From NCBI GenBank assembly GCA_965113315.1, contig OZ220363.1: DNA of 64,000 bases; one strand, written 5' to 3'. This DNA is from Podarcis vaucheri (taxonomy: Eukaryota). The position numbers were made by a program, and so were the translations under genes. Below the pieces are notes generated by a model. That model did no database searches. It was not told the DNA's origin and saw only the letters and a program-made list of their open reading frames with translations. Numbering within the stretch: position 1 is the first letter of the stretch; the number at the start of each line of letters is the position of its first letter. Positions 1 to 12,100 of the stretch are shown one piece after another.

Positions 1-64
1 GTTTGCGGCGTTAGGGAGCCAAAACGTCTGAGTTCCAGGGCCTTCGACAACCAAGGCACGACTG
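1..64. mobile_element. End of a Tc1/mariner (Tigger-like) MITE, cut by the window edge
   Basis: Ends CCAAGGCACGACTG|TA, matching the terminus of the copies at 25286-25535 and 56369-56594. Confidence 0.65.
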
Positions 65-294
65 TATTGGAAATGCATAATCTAACTCTTAAAGGTGTGG
101 TTGGGTTGTGTATGTTTTCAAAGGGAAGAAACAAATGCGGTCATTTTCAACCAGTCCTTTGACTTCCATATCTCCATGTCTGGGGTGGGGGACCTTTTAC
201 AGCCTAAAGGCCATGTTCCTTCATGGGCAGCCTTCTGGGGGCCACAGTGGTGAGTAGAGTGACAGGTAGTATCCTTACCTTGTACAAGAAATGT

Positions 295-510
295 TAAAAT
301 AAAAAAATTCCTTCCAGTAGCACCTTAAAGACCAACTAAGTTAGTTCTTGGTATAAGCTTTCGTGTGCATGCACACTTCTTCAGATACACAGAGTGTGCA
401 TGCACACGAAAGCTCATACCAAGAACTAACTTAGTTGGTCTTTAAGGTGCTACTGGAAGGAATTTTTTTATTTTGACTATGGCAGACCAACACGGCTACC
501 TATCTGTAAC
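295..510. mobile_element. Penelope-like retroelement terminal fragment in inverted (fold-back) arrangement
   Basis: About 75-bp inverted arms (301-377 vs 393-470) then the GGCAGACCAACACGGCTACC end; same sequence recurs near 8361, 9021, 25741 and 61220; contains a hammerhead core. Confidence 0.75.
351..388 (-). ncRNA. Minimal type I hammerhead ribozyme motif (Penelope-associated)
   Basis: Minus strand reads GUAU-CUGAAGA-A-GUGUGC-AU-GCACAC-GAAA-GC-UU-AUAC: stem I GUAU/AUAC, CUGANGA and GAAA core, stem II hairpin, palindromic minimal stem III. Confidence 0.7.
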
Positions 511-2244
511 AAGAAATGTTAGTGGTTTCTATAAACGCCCCCAGCATGCACACTCCGTCTCACATCGCCCCCACCGTTCCAGGCAACCCAGAGTCCAAGA
601 GCCCATTCCAGTTGCGCAGAAGCACAGAGTGAGCTACAGAGCAGGGCTTCTGAAGGGGGCATGGCCATGGGGTGTGTGGCTTGGTAACAGCCCCAGGGAC
701 CATACTGAGAGGCCTGGAAGGCCACGTTCAGGCCCAGGCCTAAGATTCCCCACCCAAGCTCTGAAGTGCCCGGCAACATTGCTAAAAGTTTCCACCTTCT
801 GATACGTAAGTGGCAGGCATTCTTTTGAAAAGCTCTAAGGAGCACAAATCACAGCACCTCTCTCTGTGTGTAGGCACATTCCAGATCCTAGAATACCATG
901 CACTCCTCAGCGACTCATGCATCCCATAATACATTAAACTATCCTGAGTTTGGAGAGCAGTTTGTTTGATGAAACTGCTGCCAGTGAGGAAAGTTGCTGG
1001 GAGGCATGGCATGTCCACCTACCTGAGGAACTGGAATACACCTGGCTGGAGATAGGCTCAAAAGTGTGATTGTGCCACAAGGCCAGAAAGGCACCCAACT
1101 GTACATCTTTGCCTCTGTGTCGGGGCACACGTGCCTGGAATGCAGTGAGATCTGACGTGAAGAAATGGTTGCCTTCTGTCTTTGAGTTTGGGGGTCACGA
1201 GGCGCTTGCTCTCACGTTGACACAGCGCCACCCAGAGGGCACCACTGCACTAGCGCTCCTTGGAGCCATTCAGCATCTCTCTTTAGGCTTTGCTAGGTCT
1301 GTTGCCACCACCGTCTGATAGCAGCACAGAGACTGGCCACAAAAGGAGATCAGAGATGAATGAAGGAGAAGGGCTGGATTCTGGTTTCAGTGCCATGAGT
1401 TTAAATTTTCAGAACTCTTCTGAGCCAATGTAAATGATTACAAGGGGATAAGACAACCTGCTGGAGTTGCTCAAAGATAAAACCATTGTTAAATCAGAAA
1501 AGAGCAGTTTCTGAAGGCTTTTAGCCATTTCTCATCCTGACTGATTCTCGTAATAACTGTTGCTTCAGATCTTTCAGTTCCAATATATTTATAGCAGTGA
1601 AATTCAGTTAGTTTTATTCTAAATGCTTAAAAAGCTGAAAGAAATGCCAAGCATTCTGGAGAAGTCTCAATTGTAAGTCTTTTTCTTTCTTTACATATTT
1701 AGCTCTCAGTGGTACTTCCCTGTTCCTCACTTTCTCATATACTTCCAGCCTTCACAGTAATCCTTTCCACTTCTGACTACATAAAATACCACCACTGTCC
1801 CTCTGTTCTGTGAAAAAGCTTCACTATTGAATTTCTGCCTAATCCATAACGTTTATGCACATTTTTCTAGAAAAATGAGCAAGCCACACCACTGCATCAT
1901 GACAATCTACGTACAATATACCCATATTTAGAAGACTATGTGCAGTATTAAAACCTATATTTCAGCAAGTGGAGTCTAGCTAAAAACAGTGTGTTGTGGG
2001 GTAAAGTCTGCCTTTCTCACAAAGGCAGGCTTAAGACTTGCAGTGCAAGTGGTGTATCACTCACCATACAGGGCAGGAGGGGTGGAGAACCTGCCCCTGG
2101 CTTTTTCTCAACCCCCCCCCCCCAATTGTGGAGGAAGATTTATATCAGCTCCATACTGGCATCAAGGAGGAGTGGGAAGCCTGAGGCCTCTGAGACAAAT
2201 AAAGGCTGCACCTGCTTGGATGTGGAATAGAATAGAATAGAACA

Positions 2245-2932
2245 GAATTTATTATTTATACCCCGCCCATCTGGCTGGGTTTCCCCAGCCACTCTGGGCG
2301 GCTTCCAACAAAGTATTAAAATACAGTGGTCTGTTAAACATTAAAAGCTTCCCTAAAGAGGGCTGCCTTCAGATGTCTTCTAAAAGTCTAGTAGTTATTC
2401 TTCTCTTTGACATCTGGTGGGAGGGCGTTCCACAGGGCGGACGCCACTACTGAGAAGGCCCTCTGCCTGGTTCCCTGTAACTTGGCTTCTCGCAGTAAGG
2501 GAACCGCCAGAAAGCCCTCAGTGCTGGATCTCAGTGTCCAGGCTGAATGATGGGGGTGGAGGCGCTCCTTCGGGTATACTGGGCCGAGGCTGTTTAGGAC
2601 TTTAAAGGTCAGCACCAACACTTTGAATTGTGCTCGGAAACATACTGGGAGCCAGTGTAGAGACCGGTGTTATGTGGTCTTGGTGGCCGCTCCCAGTCAC
2701 CAGTCTAGCTGCCACATTCTGGATTAGTTGTCGTTTCCGGGTCACCTTCAAAGATAGCCCCACATAGAGCATATTGCAGTAGTCCAAGCGGGAGATAACT
2801 AGAGCATGCACCACTCTGGCAAGACAGTCTGTGGGCAGGTAGGGTCTCAGCCTGCGTACCAGATGGAGCTGGTTAACAGCTGCCCTGGACACAGAATTGA
2901 CCTGTGCCTCCATGGACAGCTGTGAGTCCACT
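2245..2932 (-). mobile_element. L2-clade LINE 3' fragment
   Basis: Minus-strand translations [23 protein letters not shown] and RAFSVVASALWNALP; closely similar to the 3' end of the 34912-36877 copy; A/T-rich tail. Confidence 0.85.
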
Positions 2933-4489
2933 AGCTGCATCATGGAGGAATGGTGGGATATAAATGTCAGAAAAGCAATCAAAGTAAAAAAAAAAGTTTT
3001 ATCATTGATAAATGATATGGAAAGGAAGACCAACTATATAAAAACCAATCTGGTCTTCATCAAAACACTATTGCACAGGGTCATCCAGTGAAATTAACTG
3101 CTTGCAAATTTGGGAGAAGCAAGTGTGAGTACTTCTTCACAAAGTGTGCAATTGGTCTATGAATATAGTTGCTGCAGAATGTTCTAATAATCACCAGCAC
3201 AAATAGTTTTTGAAAGTGCTACATAAATTTGAATAATTTTATCAGTAGTTTATCAATCATTTTTCAGTAGTTTTTGAAATAATCTGTGGGGAAAGAACCT
3301 CCAGGCATTGCCCTTCTGACTAGTGTGTTTTACCTTGGGCAAGTAGTGAGAACAGTCACACAACTGGATTTCTAAATTTGTACTTGCATCCGGTATGGTG
3401 TTCTTCTTATCATTCGCTCTCACGACTTATTTGTGTGAAAAGGAACATAGTATTAAACTCATCCTAATACTATAAAAAAGCATTTTGCCAAACCATTCAG
3501 TCTGTGCGAAGAGAACCCAAGATAAATACATTAAATAATTGCTACCACCATCACCTCATGATAAATGTGGTAAAGGGTGTGGAAAATCAAATGGCTGTTG
3601 CGGTAGGTAGATATCAAATTCTGAAGCAGTAACTTTTGCCTTTTCAAATTGCTTAGGGCCAACACATGGCACGATGATGCCTCATACAATGAAATATAAA
3701 TGGCACCTCTTCTGCTAATGAACACCTGTGGTCTTGCCCAGCTCCTCTTCATGTCTACACAACTCATGCAGAAGAACTTTCCAGTGAAAATGTCATGGAT
3801 CAGATCTGTCTGTCACCAGCCTTGCCACCCTTAATGGCATCCCAAACCGCCACTTGACTTAATGTAAAGACTGCTGTCTTTGAACAGCTTTCTCCAAGGT
3901 TATTTAGAAAAAAATGGTTGGGGGTTTACTGGACAAACATTGCACTACAGTTCTCAATTTTATGCAGCTTCATCAAAAATCCCACTAAAATTGTAAACGC
4001 CTTGAACACTGATGGCCCCATCCAGCAAGATTTGATTTTAGTGCTTTCTAAAGCAAGGGATGACAGTGTTTGCCAGCAATTTTCAGACACTTTGATGGGT
4101 TTATTCTAGTGGGAAGCCTGAGTATTGCAGGCCAACCCTTTAGCCTAGAATTGTAGTTTTGAAACTACTAGGATGAGCAGATAGGATACATTGGTTATAT
4201 TGAGAGCTGTATGGTTTAAGTTATAGATAACAGACACCCAGCAGTTATTTAACCCTGACAGCCAGAGACTGCAGTCCAGCAGAACTATCACTTAAAGAAA
4301 AAGTGTACAAAATGCCAATGTTTCCTTTCTATTGTTTTCTGAATATTTTTATGGCAATGGTGGTATTTTGTTTAAAATCTGAAGGGTGTTGTGTAAGATG
4401 CCACTCAACCAAAACATTCAGTGCCCAAAGTGTCTCTGGACTGGTGGTCAGGTTATTTGGGATGAAGGCATTTGTTTAAAAATGGCTGT

Positions 4490-6080
4490 CATTCTGGGGT
4501 AGAATAGCCACAATAAAAATGTCAGTACTACCAAGAATCCTATTTCTCTTTCAAAATATCCCAATTATTAAAGGCACAAAGATATTTAAAGCCTGGCGTA
4601 GAGAGATCTCTAGATTCATTTGGCAGGGGAAGAAGCCGAGAGTAAAGTTTAAAATACTGACGGATACGAAAGAAAGGGGAGGCTTCGCCCTACCTGATCT
4701 GAAAATATACTATGAGGCATCTTGTTTATGCTGGGTTAAGACATGGATAAAATTAGAGGATAGGGAAGTGCTAGACCTAGAGGGCCACGATAACCGATAC
4801 GGGTGGCACGCCTATTTGTGGCATGGGCGAAAGAAGGGCCACAAAGGATTTGAGAACCATATATTCAGGGGCCCCCTGTTGGAGGTTTGGGAAAGATACA
4901 AAGATATGTTAGAACCCAGAACACCCCAATGGTTATCCCCATTAGAGGTTATGGCTATCAAAAAGATTAATATGGGAACCAACTGGGCAACTTATGAACA
5001 ACTGTTAATGAGAGAGGAAGGCAAGTGGAAAATAAGGCCGTATGAGGAGGTAAAATCTTTAGTATATGACTGGCTGCATTACCACCAGATAAACGATATG
5101 TTTAGGAAAGATGCCAAAGATAAAGGCTACGCTGATAAAAGCTCCAGATTTCAAATTGAGATCTTGGGAAACAATACTAAAATATTATCTAAGATGTATA
5201 AGTACTTATTGGATTGGAACTTAGCCGACGAGGAGGTTAAGGCGGTAACGACACACTGGGCCAGAGATTTCGGTCGTAATATCTACCAAGAAGAGTGGGA
5301 TAAACTCTGGAATCAACATATCAAATTCACGGCCTGTGTGACACTTAAAGAGAATTTAATGAAAATGTTTTACCGCTGGTACCTGACTCCGGTCAAACTA
5401 GCCAAAATGTATGGATCCTGTAACAAATGTTGGAAGTGCAAGGAGAGGGAGGGGACATTCTACCATATGTGGTGGGAATGCCGAAAGGTCACAGAGTTTT
5501 GGGAGAATGTATATAATGAACTGAAGAAAATGCTAAGATATACCTTTGTTAAAAGACCTGAAGCGTTTCTGCTAGGTTTGGTAGAAAAGGAGATAAAGAA
5601 GAAAGACTACAAATTGTTCCAATATGCAACAACGGCAGCAAGGGTCTTAATAGCTAAGAACTGGAAACAAGAGAGCTTACCGACAACGGAGGAATGGAGA
5701 TCCAAACTATTAGATTATGTGGAGATGGACAGGATGACAGGTAAAATTAGATATACAAAAGATCAGAGGTTTGTTAAAAATTGGGAAAGCTTTACGAAAT
5801 ATCTGGAAAGCTTAAGTAATGAACAAACAACACTAGTAGGTTTCAGAGGTGCTCTGTAAGAGGTAAAGGGTAATGCCAAAAGAAAATGGATGAATGAGAA
5901 CGACTTATGGCATTACAAACATAGAAACGCGGATATATTGTTTATTGTCATTATGGACGATTCGTGGAACGACTGAAGGAAGTCTTTTTTCTTTCTTTTG
6001 GTGAATGTTATGAGTTTGATATAGCTTATTTTGTGTTTTGACTTTTGTAAACTAATAAAAATTATGCATGAAAAAAAAAA
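4490..6080 (+). mobile_element. 5'-truncated L1-clade LINE, young insertion in the ACKR3 intron
   Basis: Target-site duplication AAAAATGGCTGT at 4478-4489 and 6081-6092, TT/AAAA-type target, AATAAA at 6054-6059, poly(A) tail, uninterrupted ORF2 C-terminus. Confidence 0.9.
4519..5859 (+). CDS. L1-clade ORF2 C-terminal fragment (post-RT region and cysteine-rich domain); not a host gene
   Basis: Motifs GRIATIKMSVLPRILFLFQ, FIWQGKKPRV, KERGGFALPDL..YY and CWKC...GTFYHMWWEC; the frame is open upstream to the truncation point. Confidence 0.85.
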   Translation: MSVLPRILFLFQNIPIIKGTKIFKAWRREISRFIWQGKKPRVKFKILTDTKERGGFALPDLKIYYEASCLCWVKTWIKLEDREVLDLEGHDNRYGWHAYLWHGRKKGHKGFENHIFRGPLLEVWERYKDMLEPRTPQWLSPLEVMAIKKINMGTNWATYEQLLMREEGKWKIRPYEEVKSLVYDWLHYHQINDMFRKDAKDKGYADKSSRFQIEILGNNTKILSKMYKYLLDWNLADEEVKAVTTHWARDFGRNIYQEEWDKLWNQHIKFTACVTLKENLMKMFYRWYLTPVKLAKMYGSCNKCWKCKEREGTFYHMWWECRKVTEFWENVYNELKKMLRYTFVKRPEAFLLGLVEKEIKKKDYKLFQYATTAARVLIAKNWKQESLPTTEEWRSKLLDYVEMDRMTGKIRYTKDQRFVKNWESFTKYLESLSNEQTTLVGFRGAL

Positions 6081-6094
6081 AAAAATGGCTGTTT

Positions 6095-6147
6095 TTGTTA
6101 ACCAAGATGCTTATCCTTTCTCTTCTTTCTGCTTTGTTTTGCCTTAG
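6095..6147 (+). promoter_or_regulatory. 3' splice site (polypyrimidine tract and AG) of the ACKR3 coding exon
   Basis: Long pyrimidine tract CCTTTCTCTTCTTTCTGCTTTGTTTTGCCTTAG with AG at 6146-6147, 27 nt before the ATG; ACKR3 orthologues have one coding exon preceded by a short 5'UTR segment. Confidence 0.75.
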
Positions 6148-6174
6148 GCTGCCTCCATCCCAGATCGACCAGCT

Positions 6175-7269
6175 ATGAATACCATTGATTTGCCAACCCT
6201 ATTTGAACATGTCGAAGGGGAGAATTTCACTGAAACCAACTTGACTTGTGGCAGTGGAGACTGCATCACTGTGGACTCCTTATCATGCCCAGCTATGCTC
6301 AACAGAAATGCCCTGCTTTACACCCTCTCCATTTTTTATATCTTTATATTTATGATAGGCTTAGTGGCCAATTTTGTGGTTGTCTGGATGAACTTCCAAG
6401 CCAAAACCACTGGCTATGAAACGCATCTCTATATCTTCAATCTAGCCATTGCCGACCTGTGTGTAATCATCACCCTTCCAGTCTGGGTGGTCTCCCTTGT
6501 CCAGCACAGCCAGTGGCACATGGGAGAGCTCACCTGCAAGATCACCCACCTCGTGTTTTCCATCAATCTGTATGGGAGCATCTTCTTCCTGGCGTGCATG
6601 AGCGTGGATCGATATCTCTCTGTGGCCTGCTTCACAACCTCCAGCAGTGTTAAAAAGAAGAGGATCCGCCGTTTCATCTGCATCTTTGTCTGGCTTTTTG
6701 CTTTCTTTGTGTCTATCCCTGATACCCACTACCTGAAGACCGTTTCCTCCAACAATGAGACCTACTGCCGCCCCGTCTACCCGGAGGAGAATGCTAAGGA
6801 GTGGCTGGCTAGCATGGAACTGAGCTCTGTCATTCTAGGTTTTGTCATTCCTTTCCCCATCATTGCCATTTTCTATTGTCTCCTGGCAAGAGCCATATCT
6901 GCCTCTAGTGACCAAGAGAGGAAGAGCAACGGGAAAATAATTTTCTCCTACGTCATTGTGTTTCTGGTCTGCTGGCTGCCGTACCATGTCGTGGTCTTGC
7001 TTGACTTGTTGCTGACCTTCCATTTCCTTCCCTTCAGCTGCCACATGGAGAGCTTCCTCTTTGCAGCTCTTCACGTCACTCAGTGCTTGTCTCTGGTTCA
7101 CTGCTGCGTCAACCCCATACTCTACAGCTTCATCAACCGAAACTACAAGTATGAGCTCATGAAGGCGTTCATCTTTAAGTACTCTGCCAAAACAGGCCTT
7201 ACCAAACTAATCGATACTTCCAGGGTATCGGAAATGGAGTACTCTGCTCTGGAACAAAATGCTAAATGA
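6175..7269 (+). CDS. ACKR3: Atypical chemokine receptor 3 (CXCR7/RDC1), class A GPCR
   Basis: 364 aa with seven hydrophobic segments; motifs NLAIADL, VDRYLSV, CWLPY, NPILY; C-terminus YELMKAFIFKYSAKTGLTKLIDTSRVSEMEYSALEQ is characteristic of ACKR3. Confidence 0.97.
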   Translation: MNTIDLPTLFEHVEGENFTETNLTCGSGDCITVDSLSCPAMLNRNALLYTLSIFYIFIFMIGLVANFVVVWMNFQAKTTGYETHLYIFNLAIADLCVIITLPVWVVSLVQHSQWHMGELTCKITHLVFSINLYGSIFFLACMSVDRYLSVACFTTSSSVKKKRIRRFICIFVWLFAFFVSIPDTHYLKTVSSNNETYCRPVYPEENAKEWLASMELSSVILGFVIPFPIIAIFYCLLARAISASSDQERKSNGKIIFSYVIVFLVCWLPYHVVVLLDLLLTFHFLPFSCHMESFLFAALHVTQCLSLVHCCVNPILYSFINRNYKYELMKAFIFKYSAKTGLTKLIDTSRVSEMEYSALEQNAK

Positions 7270-7959
7270 TCACAGCTTCACAAGAGACTTTTTCTGTGCT
7301 CTGTCTTTAGCTGGACAATAAATTTGACCTAATATAATACAAATACAAACATGACTGTCGGAACAAATCATTTACCACCAAAATACTGCATTTTAAATGT
7401 TTTCTTGTGTTTTTTCTGCCATTAGCTAGTCCACACAGTTCAGTTATGCTATTGGGAGTGGGAGGGAAATATATAGTAAACAAAGCTATGTTGTGGTAAA
7501 GATGTTCCTTATTTTATTATATCCCAGTTGGGGAGCAGATAACCCTTTCCCTAGCTACCTTGACTTCACTGTATACATTTTTACAGTGTGTATTTAAAGA
7601 AAGCAGACCTCTATTTTATTGCTTTTGCAATTATACTGGAAAATCAAATATATTTAATCATGCATTTGAAGCTTCTTGTAATCAAATATAGAATGCTGTC
7701 CTTTTAATGTTAGAATTCCATTCAGTTTACTGTTGTAAGAGTAGTACTTATAACAATTGTTAAATGAAAAATATATGTTCTTCTCTTCTAAGATGGCCTT
7801 GGCAATTTTTTTGTGGCAATATAGTTGTAATTTAGATTTTTTAAAAAATATAATGCTCATTATACCATGTGATTATTGTGTAAAGATGTGTTTCAAAACC
7901 CTCACACACTTATTTCATTCAGTGTCCCAGCTCCTTATTTGTAAATTATTTTTTGAAAA

Positions 7960-7965
7960 AATAAA
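7960..7965 (+). terminator. Candidate ACKR3 polyadenylation signal
   Basis: AATAAA about 700 nt after the stop, following an AU-rich 3'UTR and followed by U-rich sequence; an alternative AATAAA lies at about 7317. Confidence 0.5.
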
Positions 7966-8264
7966 TATATTTGAAAACGAAGCAGGAGTAGCATTTCATT
8001 TATTTATTTTACATTATGATTTTTACATCTCTTTCTGCAAAGGAAGACTAATCAGATACTCTTTTTAGAGAGGGACAGTGGCGTCTAGCTCCCAATAGCA
8101 TCTGCACCATGGTAGCAGTAGACAAGGCAGGCTCCCTTCCAAGGGATTGTGAGATTTCCCGTGAGATTCCCAGAGGTTGGAAATAAAAGGGCCTTATCTA
8201 TCTCTGACGGCCTCCCCCTCCGTGGCTTGCACTATGGTCAGTGCAGGAAACCAAGGGAAAGAGT

Positions 8265-8311
8265 CCCTTCCTTCCTTCCTTCCTTCCTTCCTTCCTTCCT
8301 TCCTTCCTTCC
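8265..8311. repeat. (TTCC)n microsatellite
   Basis: Direct reading. Confidence 0.95.
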
Positions 8312-8360
8312 GGAGCTGCCTCAAGACTCTTTAAAGTGTTGATCTGTCACTAACAAATAT

Positions 8361-9110
8361 AGGTAGGTAGCCGTGTTGGTCTGCCATAGTCGAAACAAAA
8401 TAAAAATTTCCATGCAACAACAGCAGCAAGAATACTGATCACAAAGTATTGGAAGACACAGGATCTACCCACACTGGAAGAATGGCAGATGAAAGTGATG
8501 GACTACATGGAATTGGCAGAAATGACTGGCAGAATCCGTGACCAGGGAGAAGAGTCGGTGGAAGAGGACTGGAAGAAATTTAAAGGCTACTTGCAGAAAA
8601 ACAGTAAAATTAATGAATGTTAAAATGATGTTGGAATGGAAAATAAGTGGTATTGGCAAAAAGATTATTAAAAATATGCAAATATGGATTGACAATGGTT
8701 GAAAATACATAGTTATAATAGGTCAAGATATTGAGTAAAGATAAATGATAGAGGGTAAGGATTTGCTGAAAGGAATTTTAAACGGGAATACAAAAGGGGA
8801 GGTGTGAGGAAGTCAGGAAACAAGTAAATGAATTATAAGAAATGAAATACTGATTTTTCTTTTTTTAACTGTTTTTCACTTTTTATGTGTTTTGTTTTTG
8901 GTATTTTTGTATCCTTTTTCTTTTTTCTATTATGGCTATTTTTTCTTCTATTTTCTATGTTTAAATTTTGTAACCTTTTATTGTCTGTAAAATTCCAATA
9001 AATATTATTTTAAAAAAAACAAAACAAAATAAACATTTCCTTCCAGTAGCACCTATAACAAACTTAGTTGGTCTCTAAGGTGCTACTGGAAGGAACTTTT
9101 AAATTTTGTG
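8361..9110. mobile_element. Penelope fragment interrupted by an L1-clade 3' fragment (about 8411-9020, +)
   Basis: Penelope sequence on both sides; insert encodes ATTAARILITKYWK...EEWQMKVMDYMELAEMT plus 3'UTR and A-tail; duplicated AAACAAAATAAA(A/C)ATTTCC at the junctions. Confidence 0.75.
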
Positions 9111-12100
9111 TCGACTAACGAATATGTTAGTCCTTAAGGTGCCACAATTTTTTGTTCTGTTTTTTTTGCTGCAACAGATTAACATGGCTGCCTCTCTGTA
9201 ATTTGTAAACTCCAAATTACTTGTCCTTTTTACTTGCTGTTTTTACATCCGCATGTTGATGCTCTAAACATTGTATTTTGAATGCTAATGCTTCGTTTTG
9301 TAGTTAAACATGCTGTGGCATTCACTAAGCCACAGAGTTTATACACTGCAGAAGTCAGAGGTTTCTCTTCACTGAATGATTACAATCAAACCGTACCATA
9401 AGGACAGCAACCACAACCCCTACAGCAACCACATGAAGTAAATATCACAAATCAAGCAACCAACAGGTTGACTTTCTCACTTGGTTGGGAGTCTTCCAGT
9501 CTTGCTTCCTCTCACACTTCTGGCCACTTCCAGTCTACTAGGCTCAGTTGGGAACCATTCCATTGGAGAGGACCAAGGTACTGCTCCTCATCACTCCTTT
9601 GTGGCTGTATTCATGCTGGTCTGATTTAATGAGATCTGTTTCACAGAGGTATGGTCTGATATAGAACTCATATCAAGGACACCATGGATGGACCATGCTG
9701 TTTCTTAAGGAACTTAGCCTTCAGACATTGGCGGCTCCTCTGAATGCATGCAGGGCGGGTGGGAAAGGAGTCATCGCCATGTGTCTTTGTTTATCTAGTG
9801 CCTTAGCAAGCAATGGAAGTGGCTGGGCACCTCCCCTGTAGCTGTGCCAATGAATATGGCACAGCAGGGGAGAAGCTGCCTCTCACCCAAAAGAGGGCCA
9901 TTATTTATTCCATCCTCTCCCAAATCCATATTCCAATTGGCAGTGTTTATCCTTTTAAACTAGCAGGTGTACTTGCAGCCATCACTCGACTGCAATATTT
10001 GAATGCCTCAGGAATATTCCTACAAAAACTGAGCAGGGGTTAACATAGGGAACAAATTATTTTACTGGCTGCAAAGATCTCACTCACCGATGTGCTCAAT
10101 CTTTAACAATAAAACTTGCATGACAAAGGCTTTTAATCTTATACACCTAGATAGCTCAGAGATGACTGTATACAGCCCCACTGATTTTGGATACCCTACT
10201 CCAGTGTAACACTGAATCGGCCTACAGTATAGTAGTGCCATCTGGTGACTACTGCTCTTAGAAATTCTCCATGGCCAGAGAGTAAAAACAGAAGAGATTT
10301 TATTCACACTTTTAGGAAACGATCACTAGTAGCAGCTTTAAGCAACTACAATGAACTAGATTTGTAAATATTAAGGGATCAGGAATCTATACAGTGCAGA
10401 GTCTGGGATCTTTGTTATGTTTCAGGGATCTCTGAAATGTGGCTTTGTGCATATACCCCGCTTTCTCATAGGTGACCACAATATACCTATGTTTTGGTGA
10501 AGTTCATGCTTACAGTGAATGCTAGCAGTGTGGTTAGACTTACTGGACTTGTTCAGACATAATGCTAAATGTTTAGTGCTATGAGAATGAGTCCTGGTGA
10601 GCCTCAAATTCATATGCTCCTCATCTTTGGATTCAGCTGCAAAGAGAAGTTTGGAACATTTTGCTTCCATTTTAGATTAATCCCACTTTGCTACATCATT
10701 TGAACTTGACAAACTATGCTTAATTAACTGGTTTGTTGAATTCCAAAACATAGAGTTCAGAGGTTATGGCTGTAATCCTCTACACAAGCTTCAGTTTAGC
10801 TTGTGAAATTCAGCATACTAGTAAAAAGATTCTTCTGCCAATGCAAGCATTCCTGCTTGACTGATGGAAGGACCTTGTCTCCTTGCTCCACATGCTATTC
10901 TGGGGGTTCTCGCAATCCCTGAGAGCAGATTGTAGGGAGGGGGCATATCTGGGGAGCAGGGAGGGGGAGCTCCATTGCACTAGTGAGAACCCTTGCACTA
11001 GTTCCCACCAGTGGAACAGCTTCGTTGAATCTGGTCCATAATCTATCAACAGGACTGTGGACTTAAATTTTAACATTAATTTGACTGTTAGATGCACATG
11101 CCCTTTAAAGACAAAAAAGTATAAATTAATGTAAGTTGATCTGTGTAGACACATCTGGATATCCAAACATAATTGCATGGGAGCCTAATTAAAATCCGTT
11201 TTCTAAGATTTGCACAAAAGTCCAAACAAAATGTTGGTTACTAGAAACTGGTCACCAAGCAACTGGGTTAAAAACGTATGAAAACCAAAGCTGACATTCC
11301 TTTTTGTAGAAACCTTTTTATTGCAGCATTCCAGAGCATCATGATTCCTCATACACCAAATGTAGAGATGATACTCCGTTGAAAATTCATCTTCTTTTTT
11401 TGATAATGTGCAATGAATGCAGTCCTATTTTACAAATACAGCCTTCTTAGCTTTATCAGCCATAAATTATCTTCAGATGTTGCCATGTGGTTACTAATAA
11501 AATTTCCTTGGCGATCATCTAGATAACCTACTGTGAAAGGTTCCAGAGATTTACAGGCGTGTTCCTCTTTTACCCATCAATTCCTGGATGGAATATTGCT
11601 GACTTTAGATACCATCTTGTGATGAGTTCACTGGGCATAAAAACCATTTAAATTTTCTCAGAAGTAAGAAATAAATCAGCTGTGAACAATGTGCTAGGCA
11701 GAAGACATTGCTAATGTGCATCACACTTTTACTATCACAGTTAGCTGCCATCCATTCTGAATAGGCTCCGTTTAACATTTGGGCCAGGCAGCTCTGTGGG
11801 GCTTTAAGAAGAGCCTGAGCTAAAGTGGGGGGGGGCAAGGAGAGATTAGAGCTGAGCCCCAGGTCCCCCCCATCTTTAAAACTTGCCAGTGGAGCATATT
11901 GAAGGTACAAACTGCACAAGGCCCGTGTCATTTTAAAATGCTGAAAATCAGCCTCATAATAGTAATTGGAGTAGTAAACCAAAGCAATTTCAGTGACTGG
12001 GGTCCCATGGTATTGAGATGAGCAGCCCGGAGGTGTTCATCTCTCCTGAGCAGAATTTCCTCCCTTTCTTCTATTATCCATCTGTTCTTAATCTCTATGG

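Noticed and set aside
4519-5859. 446-aa ORF as a novel host gene upstream of ACKR3
   Set aside because: It is the C-terminal part of an L1-clade ORF2, bounded by a target-site duplication and poly(A) tail
6429-7101. Antisense and alternate-frame ORFs overlapping ACKR3
   Set aside because: Shadow ORFs of a real CDS with no recognisable motifs
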